This document shows positions 63,627 through 64,000 of a DNA stretch of 64,000 nucleotides, piece by piece. The notes beneath the pieces were generated by a model. That model saw only the letters and a program-made list of their open reading frames with translations, searched no databases and was not told where the DNA came from. Made by a program: the position numbers and the translations under genes. The DNA is from Octopus bimaculoides (taxonomy: Eukaryota), in assembly GCF_001194135.2 (NCBI RefSeq), contig NC_068998.1:18882888-18946887 (forward strand), given 5' to 3'. Each line of letters starts with the position of its first letter. Within the stretch, counting starts at the first letter, position 1.

Positions 63627-64000
63627 AACTGTATGGTTAAGAAACTCGCTTTACAACCACATGGTTCCAGGTTCAGTCGCACTGCGTGGCATCTTGGGCA
63701 AGTGTCTTCTACTATAGCCTCGGGCCGACCAAAGCCTTGTGAGTGGATTTGGTAGACGGAAACTGAAAGAAGCCCGTCGTATATATGTATATATGTATGT
63801 GTGTGTGTGTGTTTGTGTGTCTGTGTTTGTCCCCCCTAGCATTGCTTGACAACCGATGCTGGTGTGTTTATGTCCCCGTAATTAGCGGTTCGGCAAAAGA
63901 TACCGATAGAATAAGTACTAGGCTTACAAAGAATAAATCCCGGGGTCGATTTGCTCGACTAAAGGCGGTGCTCCAGCATGGCCGCAGTCAAATGACTGAA
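63627..64000 (+). mobile_element. SINE family B, truncated by window end
   Basis: caaccacatggttcc...ggcggtgctccagcatggccgcagtcaaatgactgaa. Confidence 0.9.

Overview
AT-rich, gapped (many N runs) eukaryotic genomic DNA full of microsatellites and tRNA-headed SINEs; the repeat landscape looks like an Octopus (coleoid cephalopod) assembly, which is an inference, not a database match. Two host genes are visible on the + strand. (1) The last five exons (<1-504, 1999-2087, 3367-3526, 3910-4115, 4680-5870; all GT-AG, phase-compatible, about 715 aa visible) of a gene fusing a GPR1/FUN34/YaaH (SatP/Ady2, AceTr) membrane channel domain to a YrdC/Sua5 (TsaC-like) domain with an altered KxR motif, followed by a long acidic tail. 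(2) The first coding exon (about 40000/40024-40108) of a Ras-family small GTPase; its later exons were not found. Almost all other listed ORFs are microsatellite, N-run or repeat artefacts. The rest is transposon debris: at least five SINE families, RTE, CR1 and R4/Dong-type LINE fragments, a DD37D/maT-type Tc1/mariner element, a Merlin remnant, an LTR with a tRNA-Trp PBS, MITEs and Penelope-type hammerhead motifs. Best leads: the channel-YrdC fusion, a strand-asymmetric G-U-rich 40-bp hairpin at 42579-42721 flanked by direct repeats inside the GTPase intron, and a near-intact minimal hammerhead ribozyme at 20828-20868.
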